From Bythopirellula sp. (lineage in GTDB: Bacteria > Planctomycetota > Planctomycetia > Pirellulales > Lacipirellulaceae), in assembly GCA_965216565.1 (NCBI GenBank), contig OZ244170.1, positions 2,048,001 through 2,112,000 of the forward strand: DNA of 64,000 nt, written 5' to 3'. A program made the translations under genes and the position numbers. Under the pieces are notes generated by a model, which was not told the origin of the DNA, did no database searches, and saw only the letters and a program-made list of their open reading frames with translations. The number at the start of each line of letters is the position of its first letter. Position 1 is the stretch's first letter. Positions 10,929 through 20,086 of this stretch are shown piece by piece.

Positions 10929-11131
10929 TGCTAAATCATGAAATGTCTTGCTTAGAGCTGGGTGATAATTCAGGAGAGAAGGCTATACCCGTACTTGGCC
11001 CTTCTAGTACGCGTTCTCTCTGATTTTTTGCTCTCCAAACTATCGCCACCCTTCCCTCCAGAAGTAAGTCTTTTGTTATACTGTGGGAGACTATCAAGCT
11101 CTACCAATGGTTTTTTTGAGGAGGCGTAGCG

Positions 11132-11917
11132 TTGAGGTACTATCTTGGGCTCGTTCTCTCGCTGTTTGCTGTAGCAGCAGTTTGTGGTCAGGTTTCCGCC
11201 AATACAATTCTGTTTGAGAGCGGTACCCTCGGTCCAACGGGTATTCCATACTCTGAGTTAATCAATCAGAACGTCCCAGGGACTAACGTTCATCCATCGG
11301 TTTTTTCGGGTGTCAGGTTCCAACTCAATAAGCCTGCGCAAACGACTCAGGTGGGAGGCCACTTCGTTAGCGGTATCGGCGGTACGTTTTTTGGTGCGAT
11401 AGTTAAACTAGATGACCAAAATGATTTCCCCAACTCTACCGATCCGAACGCTTTCGAAGCTGAGGTACTTGGCCATACACTACTCAATTTCCCAACATCT
11501 TCCGCTGAGGTGTTTGGCGACCTGGATCTAGAACTCGATCCTGGTTGGTACACACTTGTCTTCGGCAGCGGTATCTTCGGAGCTACGGGTGCTGGAGTTA
11601 CTGTTCGCAATAGCACAGACATTGGCAATCCGACTTACATTGGATTACAACCAGATTCAATTTTTGGCTGGGTCAATAGACTGACTTCTGTCAATCGCAG
11701 GCATGTGGTGAAAGGCCGAATCGTACCAGAACCAACTACAATTTTATCTATGGCATTGTGTTTTCCTTGCTTATCGATCAGAAGACGGTCGCGAAAAAAG
11801 TCGTATGGCAGGGGTGCCATGCCCACGCGCTACACTGGTGAACGACAGCGTGGCCATGCGCTTCGACCAGCAACCGTCCGCATGCTCTTCTCTGGCGTGG
11901 GCATGGCACCCAGCTAG
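11132..11917 (+). CDS. PEP-CTERM protein whose frame reads through repeat A3
   Basis: Signal peptide; VPEPTTILSMALCFPCLSIRRRSRKK followed by a repeat-encoded extension. Confidence 0.8.
   Translation: MRYYLGLVLSLFAVAAVCGQVSANTILFESGTLGPTGIPYSELINQNVPGTNVHPSVFSGVRFQLNKPAQTTQVGGHFVSGIGGTFFGAIVKLDDQNDFPNSTDPNAFEAEVLGHTLLNFPTSSAEVFGDLDLELDPGWYTLVFGSGIFGATGAGVTVRNSTDIGNPTYIGLQPDSIFGWVNRLTSVNRRHVVKGRIVPEPTTILSMALCFPCLSIRRRSRKKSYGRGAMPTRYTGERQRGHALRPATVRMLFSGVGMAPS
11812..11911. repeat. Repeat A3: 100-bp short variant with perfect 17-bp terminal inverted repeat
   Basis: GGGTGCCATGCCCACGC ... GCGTGGGCATGGCACCC. Confidence 0.85.
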
Positions 11918-11955
11918 AGCCCCGCCTACCTACTCAATGGCTACGACAATCCCAC

Positions 11956-12345
11956 TCACGACTGAACAGGCTCGTGAAAGTAATAGCACAATTCATCGGG
12001 AGCGACTACAAAGAAGACTTGCAACTTCTCACCGTCGCGCTCATCGATTCGCCAGTTTCCGACTTCCACACCTCGGGATTCCAGTTCTTCTTTCATACGC
12101 TCAATGTTGCTGACCAGAACAGCCGCACCATCCTGCGAGGCATCACCGCCGTTGATTGCGAAGCCCAATCTCGTGCCGTCTCGTTCAAGAATCACTGTTG
12201 GATAAGGGTCGGTGAGTCGTTCCTTCTCAACCATACCGAAGTGCTCGGAGTACCACTTCGATGCAACATCTAGGTCAAGAACCGGAAGAGCAAGAACATC
12301 CTGTTGGAATGGAAAGGCTGCCTTGAATGATTGATTCTCTGGCAT
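11956..12345 (-). CDS. VOC (glyoxalase/bleomycin-resistance) family protein
   Basis: LPVLDLDVASKWYSEHFG; VSNIERMKEELESRGV; FFVVAPDELCYYF. Confidence 0.85.
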   Translation of the reverse strand: MPENQSFKAAFPFQQDVLALPVLDLDVASKWYSEHFGMVEKERLTDPYPTVILERDGTRLGFAINGGDASQDGAAVLVSNIERMKEELESRGVEVGNWRIDERDGEKLQVFFVVAPDELCYYFHEPVQS

Positions 12346-12450
12346 GAGGTCCGTTACTCACGATGGCTTGGCATTCGAATGCGGGCAAGCTACCGCTGGC
12401 TTGCTCTAGCAGACACCTTACTGCGGCATCAGACTGCAGACAAGCCAGTG

Positions 12451-12621
12451 GCAAGCTCTTCTCTGGCGTGGGCATGGCACCCTCGGGATTACTGCCCTGA
12501 GCGAAAAGACTTCGACAATGTCGAACTATCTGACGTAGGGTGGCGCCGTTAGGCCCACCGATAGTAAAACCACTGCATCAACCGACACGGTGTGCCGCCG
12601 CGTTGCTTTGGCACACCCTAC
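12451..12621. repeat. Right end of repeat A (A4) + linker + repeat B2 (12535-12621)
   Basis: Nearly identical to 13713-13883. Confidence 0.88.
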
Positions 12622-12932
12622 CTTCAAGTTGTGGTGACTAAGCTCAAGTGTGCGAGCAGGGGTGCCCCTCCTACCTACTGAACGGCTACTACAATCCCAC
12701 TCACGACTGAACAGACTCGTGAGAGGACACTCCTCCGCTGATTCTGTCAACGTAAGCTGGTGCTATTAAACCCCTCGCTTTGCAAGATTTTAGTTCCGTC
12801 CGTACCGAGGGACTGCCGCTTCGTTAGAACCCCTCCTAACTTCTATTTAATGGAGCAACGATTATAATTTAGACAGTCCCTAACATGGCACCGAAGCAAC
12901 AACCAGTCGTGTAAAATCGGATCAGTTTCCAC

Positions 12933-13634
12933 ATGAAATTTTCAAAATCTAAGTTAGCTTTACTCTACTCACTTGCAGTGTTGGTTCACGCACCAAAATC
13001 TGTGGCAGCACCGGTCTACAGCCAGGTGACGCCTATGGATCCAATTGGAGCATTTGCTTCCAATGATTCTTTGGCAACTTCTCAAAGAGTTGCTGACAAC
13101 TTCTTCATTGGTGGAGAGAATCCAATTACAATTCGTTCTGTGCGATTTATTGGTGGTTCAGGTCTAAGTGGCCCTACTCTAGATAACTTCCGCGTTGTCT
13201 TTTTTGACGATGCAGGAGGGAGCCCAGGTGCTCCTCTCTCTGGTGGAGACTTCAGCATCGGTCCTGCTTTCAGCCGTAATCCAACCGGAGGCCAATTGCT
13301 TAACGGTGTGACTGTTCCCCAAGAGTACGTCATTAACCTGCCTAATGACATTACAGTTAACCCTAACAGACCCTACTGGTTTTCTATAACCAATGACATA
13401 TTGCCCGTTTCTGGTTGGGTATGGGCAAGAGCAGAGGGAACATTCGATGAAACCATAGCTTCCGTAACTGATAGTATAGAGACTGGTACATGGAGTACTC
13501 TTGTAAACGGAGGGATGTGGTTTGAACTTAGCGATCACATAGTACCTGAGCCATCGTCACTATCGCTTCTCATAGCGACTTTGATCTTGACCGGGTGGCA
13601 TGGCCACGCGAAGACTTGCGGCAGTCTTACCTGA
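12933..13634 (+). CDS. PEP-CTERM protein with sorting signal interrupted by repeat A5
   Basis: Signal peptide; VADNF motif; VPEPSSLSLLIATLILT then repeat-derived GWHGHAKTCGSLT, with no basic cluster. Confidence 0.8.
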   Translation: MKFSKSKLALLYSLAVLVHAPKSVAAPVYSQVTPMDPIGAFASNDSLATSQRVADNFFIGGENPITIRSVRFIGGSGLSGPTLDNFRVVFFDDAGGSPGAPLSGGDFSIGPAFSRNPTGGQLLNGVTVPQEYVINLPNDITVNPNRPYWFSITNDILPVSGWVWARAEGTFDETIASVTDSIETGTWSTLVNGGMWFELSDHIVPEPSSLSLLIATLILTGWHGHAKTCGSLT

Positions 13635-13929
13635 CTCGCAGCGTAACGAACATGCCCACGCGATACCGGAGTAACAGGCAGCGTGGCCATGCGCTTCGAC
13701 CAACAACCGTCCGCAAGCTCTTCTCTGGCGTGGGCATGGCACCCTCGGGATTACTGCCCTGAGCGAAAAGACTTCGACAATGTCGAACTATCTGCCGTAG
13801 GGTGGCGCCGTTAGGCCCACCGATAGTAAAACCACTGCATCAACCGACACGGTGTGCCGCCGCGTTGCTTTGGCACACCCTACCTTCCTGGCCGGTAAGC
13901 GGCCCGCGACTCAACCCGACGATCAGAGC
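13593..13929. repeat. Complete composite unit: A5 (13593-13744), linker, B3 (13797-13883), tail (13884-13929)
   Basis: Tail CTTCCTGGCCGGTAAGCGG...GATCAGAGC also occurs at 10730-10775. Confidence 0.88.
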
Positions 13930-14720
13930 GGCTCGGGTTGGACGGGGGAACGTAGCTGCACGTTGTCGGAAGGGGTTGTTGCCGTCTCGTCTTTTTCGAG
14001 CGTCACCAACACCTCCCGCATCGCCGACGTATCGCTCGGGAATTTCACGATTGCCGAGCCTCGCAGGGCTTCGGCTTCAATTTGAACGACGCTCGAGCTG
14101 ATCGCGTTCTGCTTCTCGTCGAGGAGCCATAGCTTGTAAGTCTCGCCAGAAACTGCATCGAAGTTGAAACCAAAGAAATGGCCTTCGCCCGCTTTGTAGT
14201 CGTAGACTAGGGCTCCATGCAGATTCGAATCTTCTCCCACGGGCTGAAGCGATGCAAACTGAAGCTGAGCTCTTCCAAACGTTTTCTCTAGCTCTTGCAG
14301 AGTTTGCATTTGTTCGGCAAGCTCTTGAATTCGGTGTTGTTCCGCGTCAGCTACCTCCATCTCAACCGAATCCCTGGCTTGACGCGACCAGAGAATCGAA
14401 AAGGTTAGCGCGAGAAATACGCTGGCAGCTAAGGCATACTTCCAGAAACCACCACGGGACTCTTGCTGGTCGAGGCTGGCAGGAGTTGTTGTGCCGGCGC
14501 CCGCAATTCTTCGCATGACGGCAGCCTCCAGCTCGGGACTTACCGTCGGGGTTTCGAGCGCAGCGGGCATCAATAGCCAGGTATCCTGTAACTCTACTGA
14601 TTCGCTCTGGCACTTTGAACAATGGTCCAGGTGCGCACGAACCTCATCAGATAAATTCGGCTCTGGGCCGTCGAGATAAGCTACCTCGAGTGCTTCGCAT
14701 ACTTGGCGGCAATCGATCAT
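13923..14720 (-). CDS. Anti-sigma factor, RskA-like with N-terminal zinc finger
   Basis: HLDHCSKC, single TM helix, YKLW...VTLE...TPS; overlaps sigma gene stop. Confidence 0.85.
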   Translation of the reverse strand: MIDCRQVCEALEVAYLDGPEPNLSDEVRAHLDHCSKCQSESVELQDTWLLMPAALETPTVSPELEAAVMRRIAGAGTTTPASLDQQESRGGFWKYALAASVFLALTFSILWSRQARDSVEMEVADAEQHRIQELAEQMQTLQELEKTFGRAQLQFASLQPVGEDSNLHGALVYDYKAGEGHFFGFNFDAVSGETYKLWLLDEKQNAISSSVVQIEAEALRGSAIVKFPSDTSAMREVLVTLEKDETATTPSDNVQLRSPVQPEPL

Positions 14721-15316
14721 CCTGATCCTCCTGCACCAGTGCTGTGGAAAATAGTACGCAGTTTCAACATCCCTCTGCGAATGTGCGACTTTACGGTCCC
14801 TAGTGGGATATCTAATCGGTCGGCAATCTCAGCGTGTGATAGGTCTTCGTAAAAAACAAGTTCGAGAGTATCACGTTGGCCCGGTTGTAACTCTCGCATA
14901 GCTTGCTTCGCAATTCCGTGGAGTTCGCTGTCTGTGGCCAATTGAGCCGAATCGTCACGCTCCGAGGCCAACTCGGACTCCATACTTCCCTTACCGGCCA
15001 CGATGACTGATTTTGTCCTACGGTTGACCCGGTAGCGATCTATCGACCGAGAACGAGCAAGCAGTAGCAAGTAACTTCGAGGCGTGGAACGGGATTGATC
15101 GTAGCGAGTTTTCTTGGACCATAGCTCAAAGAATACTTCGGAGGAAACGTCTTCTGCATCTTGGGCATTGCCCAAGATCCGCTGACACACTGCCAGCACA
15201 TCAGCAGCATGACGACGAAAGAAGTGGCCAAACGCCTCTCGATTGCCGTCGAGGATCTGTTCGACAAGCTCCAAATCATCTTGTCGGCAATCATCGTTGC
15301 TCACGGTTACCCTCAC
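14717..15316 (-). CDS. ECF sigma-70 factor (SigK-like)
   Basis: DAEDVSSEVFFELW; LSHAEIADRLDIPLGTVKSHIRRG. Confidence 0.92.
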   Translation of the reverse strand: MRVTVSNDDCRQDDLELVEQILDGNREAFGHFFRRHAADVLAVCQRILGNAQDAEDVSSEVFFELWSKKTRYDQSRSTPRSYLLLLARSRSIDRYRVNRRTKSVIVAGKGSMESELASERDDSAQLATDSELHGIAKQAMRELQPGQRDTLELVFYEDLSHAEIADRLDIPLGTVKSHIRRGMLKLRTIFHSTGAGGSG

Positions 15317-15361
15317 TGTAACTCAGACCAAAACGATGAAAGTCCTGTGCCATGAATTCTT

Positions 15362-15387
15362 TACGAAGACCTGCTTTTGTCCGATGC
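15362..15387 (-). promoter_or_regulatory. Putative autoregulatory ECF promoter, motif 1 (GCATCG-N16-CGTA)
   Basis: Directly upstream of the sigma gene; matches two other sites. Confidence 0.65.
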
Positions 15388-15451
15388 GAAATACTCGGAT
15401 TCGACCAATTGGCCTTCGCTTGAATTTTGACTACTAAAATTGGCATAAGTC

Positions 15452-16027
15452 TCATATAGAATTGGGTTTATCGGCGTTTGGAGGACCAAAGGCTCGTTCG
15501 AATTTTAGAGGAAAAACAGCGTCGGTCATCCAACAGCCCTCGTACGGTAGCACCGATTGTTTCGAAAGCACCCAAACGAATGGATGAACATTCCCTTCTC
15601 GCACGGCGGTGACGAGGATGCGTACTTGCTCGGCGTCAAAGACTGATTGGCCGATCAGAACCGTTTCAGGGTTCGCTAATGCGTCGAAAGGGGGCTGCCG
15701 AACCATCTGGGCGAAACGGACCAAAGGACCTGTCACAGCTCGATTATTAGGCGAGGCAAACGTCATACATTGCAAAATTCCTTGCGTAACATCGTCACTC
15801 GCCAATCCATCAAGTTGTATCTGCACGACCTCCTCGGGCGTCAACTCGGGCCTCGGTTGTTCGACCGCTTCAACGGTGGCCAAAACGCTTTCCAATTTTT
15901 TTTCTGAAACCGCCGATTTGGCCACCTGGGGCGGCGCAGGATTCGGCAAAAAAATCCAAATCAAAAACATAGAAAATACAACATATAGTGTGGGCCGAAA
16001 AAAGTCATACAAGCGGTAGGAAGTCAT
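15452..16027 (-). CDS. DUF4864-like protein with N-terminal TM
   Basis: PEEVVQIQLDGL, FASPNNRAVTGPLVRFAQMV, WMTDAV. Confidence 0.75.
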   Translation of the reverse strand: MTSYRLYDFFRPTLYVVFSMFLIWIFLPNPAPPQVAKSAVSEKKLESVLATVEAVEQPRPELTPEEVVQIQLDGLASDDVTQGILQCMTFASPNNRAVTGPLVRFAQMVRQPPFDALANPETVLIGQSVFDAEQVRILVTAVREGNVHPFVWVLSKQSVLPYEGCWMTDAVFPLKFERAFGPPNADKPNSI

Positions 16028-16067
16028 CGTAATTCGCCGTCTGTTTGAATGGTCATCTGCTCAAAAT

Positions 16068-17201
16068 CTAGAATCCGATAATTTCGACATTGAATAATCG
16101 TTCGTAGGTCCAAACCCCAGCCAATAACGCGATCAACAACGAACCGCCGCGAAGAAATAGCCACTTATAAATCCAAGTTCCCCGCAACAGATACACTATT
16201 GGGAAAAACACCAGCACGATGGCGATCTGCCCGAGTTCGACACCGACGTTAAAGCCCAACAACGCCACCGCCATCGCAACATTGCTCAATCCCAAATCAA
16301 GCAGGACGTTCGCAAAACCAAAGCCATGAACCAATCCAAACATAAATGCAATCGCCCAGCCTGACAAAGGTAGAACGGGATAAAGGTTGTTTAGCGCGGT
16401 CACGACAATCGATATCGCAATGGTCGCTTCCACCATTTGGCTCGGCAGGGTGACGTATTCCATCACCGCAAGCCACAAGGTGATCGAGTGCGCCACAGTG
16501 AAGACGGTGACAATTTTCAGCACCGCCATACATGCGGCCCGGAAGTCCTCCACCGGACGCCAGCTTTTTTCCTTCTGCACCAGCACAGCCGGCAGGAGCA
16601 GAGAGAGCAGGAACAGAATATGATCGAACCCGATCCAAATGTGCCAGACACCCTCGCGGGTATAATCCACAAACGCGTGCCAGAGCCCCGACTGCTGATC
16701 CGAGAGGTTCACAGTTCGTCTGTCTGGCGCAAGTACATGGGTACTTGTGCTGGTGCCATCGGAAAACAGAACTAGTCCACGGTGAGTAGGGTCAACATCG
16801 AAGAGAAGATCGTATTCCACGCCAAAATCACCTGCGTCCTGCGGCGAATCTGCCTGCAGCATTAGCGCTGCGTAGCCCCCGTCGCTGTGTTGAGAGACCC
16901 GTAGATCGACGATCTGTAGCTCAATCTCTTCATTACCCCTTAATAGCTTGAGCCGGCTAAGTGCATGGGCGAAGATCCCCGAGCGTTTTTCCTTCAACTC
17001 CCCCCAAGTGATCTCGCCATTCTGATCTGAATCTAAGCCAATTAAGTGCTCCAGATCCTTAATTGCAATGTCCCATTGCACAGATAGCTGAGCATCTTCT
17101 TGCTTAATCTTTAAATAGCTATCACTCGGTTTATGCGCCCACGCCGGTGTGGCAGCTACACACACAATAAGCAACAGGAATGTTCGTACGAAATGCTTCA
17201 C
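16068..17201 (-). CDS. HupE/UreJ family membrane protein
   Basis: AWAHKPSDSYL; GVWHIWIGFDHILF; FTVAHSITL; FGLVHGFGFA; FNVGVELGQ. Confidence 0.9.
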   Translation of the reverse strand: MKHFVRTFLLLIVCVAATPAWAHKPSDSYLKIKQEDAQLSVQWDIAIKDLEHLIGLDSDQNGEITWGELKEKRSGIFAHALSRLKLLRGNEEIELQIVDLRVSQHSDGGYAALMLQADSPQDAGDFGVEYDLLFDVDPTHRGLVLFSDGTSTSTHVLAPDRRTVNLSDQQSGLWHAFVDYTREGVWHIWIGFDHILFLLSLLLPAVLVQKEKSWRPVEDFRAACMAVLKIVTVFTVAHSITLWLAVMEYVTLPSQMVEATIAISIVVTALNNLYPVLPLSGWAIAFMFGLVHGFGFANVLLDLGLSNVAMAVALLGFNVGVELGQIAIVLVFFPIVYLLRGTWIYKWLFLRGGSLLIALLAGVWTYERLFNVEIIGF

Positions 17202-18442
17202 TTGGGATCCAATTCCTCGACCAGCTTGCTCAAGGCAGCGTGCTCCGTTCCATGTTTCTTAAGGAATTCGAGCACCGGTTGGGCTGCTTGGGGGTCCTCT
17301 GCTGCAATTGCAGCTTCTAAGAAAATACGTGTATCGCGAATTTCCTTCTGCTTCTCCCAGTTTGCCTGGGCCAGTTCTAGGGCACGTTGAGGGTCATCGA
17401 GCACTTCCAGCGCAAACCGCGATTCGAACCTGCCGTGAGGCTCGCTACCGCGGAGCCGAATTTCGTCGAAACGCGTCTGCAGTTGCCTCTGCCACTGAGA
17501 TGCCTCAGGCTCGTTGCCTAAGCGTCGTGCTGCAATTGCGAGTCGCAGCAGAATGCCATTGTCGCTTTGGTGTTCAGCGAGCCGATCCAACACTTCGCTC
17601 TCTCGGCCTCGATCCAGCAGGAAGTCGGCATAGGATCGCAGCAGATAGAGGTTAGTGGGATCTGCTTCCAAACCGCTCAGGAAAACTTCTTCCGCCTCGG
17701 TATCACGTCCCAACGCAACTGCAATTTCAGCCTGCATTGTCAGAATCCAGCTTTCGGTACTAGGAAACTGCTCTTGGGCCAGGGGCATTAGTTCTTTTAA
17801 CTGCGCAAAAGCCTGCTCAGCTTGGCCTGTCAAAGCCATAATCGGAGCGTTGCAAAGCATCGTTGGTATGGGGCCGGCGAATTCATCTAGCTTTCGACCC
17901 ACTTCAGTCGCTTGAGCATACTTCCCCTGCACCCGATAGATATTGGCCAGATTGATCCAGGCCTGTGCGTCCCGAGGCTCTTGCTCTAGCAGTAACTTCA
18001 GATCAGTAGCCGCCTCATCGTACCGATGATCTTTCTCTTTCAACTTAGCCCGTAACGCCAAAGCCTCGGGTTCGATTTCTTCCGTATTCCACCAAGGCCC
18101 GAGTGCGGCACGCGCATAGCCATAGTAACGCGGGTCGCCTTCAGCATTCCCCAGTTGGACATATTGGTTCGCCAATTTCACCGCAAGATCGGAGTTTTCT
18201 GGATTATTTCGCTGCCGCTCGCGTAGTTTTTCAAATTCTGTGCGATTCGCAAGTAGCGTCCTGGGCAGGGTTTCCAGCACTTCTTCATCTGTTTTAGGAA
18301 TATATGCATCGGATGCCGCCCCTACGCTCGTAAGACAAATAGTGAGCGTGGTCATCGCTAGGAACTCAGCAACGACGCGATTAGCTATCCACGGACTGGT
18401 GAGTATTCGCGACGCATGTGGAGGATTGATCGTCAGGTTCAT
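17198..18442 (-). CDS. Tetratricopeptide-repeat protein
   Basis: GDPRYYGYARAALGPWW and multiple TPR-like helices; typical DUF4331/HupE neighbour. Confidence 0.8.
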   Translation of the reverse strand: MNLTINPPHASRILTSPWIANRVVAEFLAMTTLTICLTSVGAASDAYIPKTDEEVLETLPRTLLANRTEFEKLRERQRNNPENSDLAVKLANQYVQLGNAEGDPRYYGYARAALGPWWNTEEIEPEALALRAKLKEKDHRYDEAATDLKLLLEQEPRDAQAWINLANIYRVQGKYAQATEVGRKLDEFAGPIPTMLCNAPIMALTGQAEQAFAQLKELMPLAQEQFPSTESWILTMQAEIAVALGRDTEAEEVFLSGLEADPTNLYLLRSYADFLLDRGRESEVLDRLAEHQSDNGILLRLAIAARRLGNEPEASQWQRQLQTRFDEIRLRGSEPHGRFESRFALEVLDDPQRALELAQANWEKQKEIRDTRIFLEAAIAAEDPQAAQPVLEFLKKHGTEHAALSKLVEELDPK

Positions 18443-18602
18443 CGAGCAATTGATCGTTGAAGGATTCGTGTCAAGTTGAGTTTAGTCATACCGTTTCTGT
18501 GTCGCAAGAAAAATGGCAATCTTCAAGATAGAAAGTAAAGCTAGTGAATGTTTGTAGTCATCTACAACAACTAACTAATTACTAACTTCTTAATGAAGAT
18601 TT

Positions 18603-18628
18603 GCATCTAATGCGAGAAGCGTCGCGTA
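18603..18628 (+). promoter_or_regulatory. Putative ECF promoter, motif 1 (GCATCT-N16-CGTA), for the DUF4331 gene
   Basis: Same motif and spacing as 10300 and 15362. Confidence 0.65.
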
Positions 18629-18741
18629 CTACTCATCAGAACAGACCGACACTTTTAAGCCGCAACTTCTTAAATACTTAAATACTAATTATTGAGCGGT
18701 TGCTAGGCATTGCTGATGTTTACCCCTCTGGAGATCCCTCT

Positions 18742-19797
18742 ATGTTTAATCGAAATACGCTAGTGCTCCTGGCAATAGGAGCAGTCTTTACTATATCGGC
18801 TCCTTCCTCTCAAGCTGCAGACCACTTGGACGCCCCCTCACTTTCTGGCAATGGTGATCAAGACATCAACGATCTCTACGCTTTTCAGTCTCCGAACGAT
18901 CCTAATAGCACTGTCCTGATCATGACAGTAAACCCTTTTGCGGGCGTCATGAGCAACAAAACCTTCGGTAGCGATGTGACTTACGAGTTTCAGATTGATA
19001 ACGACGGCGACGCCGTGGCCGATATCACCTACTCTTCCACGTTCACCACTCCTATTGCGGGTAATCAGACTCTGACGACAAACCGCAACAATGTTCTGTA
19101 TGCCACCGGGGCAACGGGATCTAACATCACTACTACCGCTGGTGGAACAGTTCATGCAGGTCTTTTTGAAGATCCATTCTTCTTCGACCTGGTTGGTTTC
19201 CAAAATACGCTCGACCCGAACTCCTCGGCAACCTTCACTGGCGACGACACGTTCGCAGGTGCCGACGTCTCGGCAATTGTCCTAGAACTGCCAAGCTCAG
19301 AGCTAGGTGCATCGAACATCGGTGTCTGGGCTCGCACCGTCGTCGGTGGAAACCAGATCGATCGAATGGGACGGCCTGCAATCAATACCGTGCTCATTCC
19401 GTCGGGCAAAAAGGATGCATTTAACGAAGGAGCTCCTGCAAACGATCCCAATGCTTTTGCCGCGGACGTCCAAGCTTCCATCGAAAGCCTCAATGGAGGC
19501 GACCCGAATCACGCAGCTGGTCTTACTGGAATCCTGCTGCCTGATGTGCTTACCATCGACACTTCAAATCCCGCAGGATTCTTGAATGGTCGTCAACTTG
19601 CGGACGACGTGATTGACGCCGAACTGGGTCTACTAACGCAAGGTGCGATTACTACCGACATGGTCGATACGAATGACGTTGCCTTTTTGGGAGTGTTCCC
19701 ATACTTAGCACCGGCAAACGTTCCGGAACCATCCTCGGCAATCCTGGCGCTCGTGGCGTTGGCAACGAGTGTCCGCAGGAGACGTCAGCTTAGTTGA
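18742..19797 (+). CDS. DUF4331-domain PEP-CTERM protein
   Basis: ADHLDAP, DINDLYAFQSP, DPFFFDL, QIDRMGRPAIN, NGRQLADDVID, FPYLAP; VPEP...RRRR. GGAG precedes ATG 18742. Confidence 0.9.
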   Translation: MFNRNTLVLLAIGAVFTISAPSSQAADHLDAPSLSGNGDQDINDLYAFQSPNDPNSTVLIMTVNPFAGVMSNKTFGSDVTYEFQIDNDGDAVADITYSSTFTTPIAGNQTLTTNRNNVLYATGATGSNITTTAGGTVHAGLFEDPFFFDLVGFQNTLDPNSSATFTGDDTFAGADVSAIVLELPSSELGASNIGVWARTVVGGNQIDRMGRPAINTVLIPSGKKDAFNEGAPANDPNAFAADVQASIESLNGGDPNHAAGLTGILLPDVLTIDTSNPAGFLNGRQLADDVIDAELGLLTQGAITTDMVDTNDVAFLGVFPYLAPANVPEPSSAILALVALATSVRRRRQLS

Positions 19798-19843
19798 CGT
19801 CCCGCAAGCATCCCCCCACTCTAATTTTTAGAGTGATTCCCGT

Positions 19844-19878
19844 AGAGCCTGGCCCCGCAATGGCCAGGCTCTTTTTTT
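19844..19878 (+). terminator. Rho-independent terminator
   Basis: AGAGCCTGGCC-loop-GGCCAGGCTCT followed by a T run. Confidence 0.85.
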
Positions 19879-20086
19879 GCGCTATGGAACAATTGCTTCG
19901 TGCATAGCTCGCCCCTATCACTTAGCCAAAGATCGGTGAATCGAGCACATTCCGGCAACTCTTGCTCTGCTCTCTCCAGCAACGCTTGCAAAGGTCCCCC
20001 AATCAGGGTATCAAAAGTCGTTCACAGGCTCCTCGGGCATGGACCATTTTCTCCGTATAGATAGAACAGATAAGGATTCGTAGTAC

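Noticed and set aside
10541..13929. CRISPR array or integron cassette array
   Set aside because: The repeats are 87-152 bp, irregularly spaced and palindromic like REPs/MITEs. I saw no uniform spacers, cas genes, intI or clear attC boxes.
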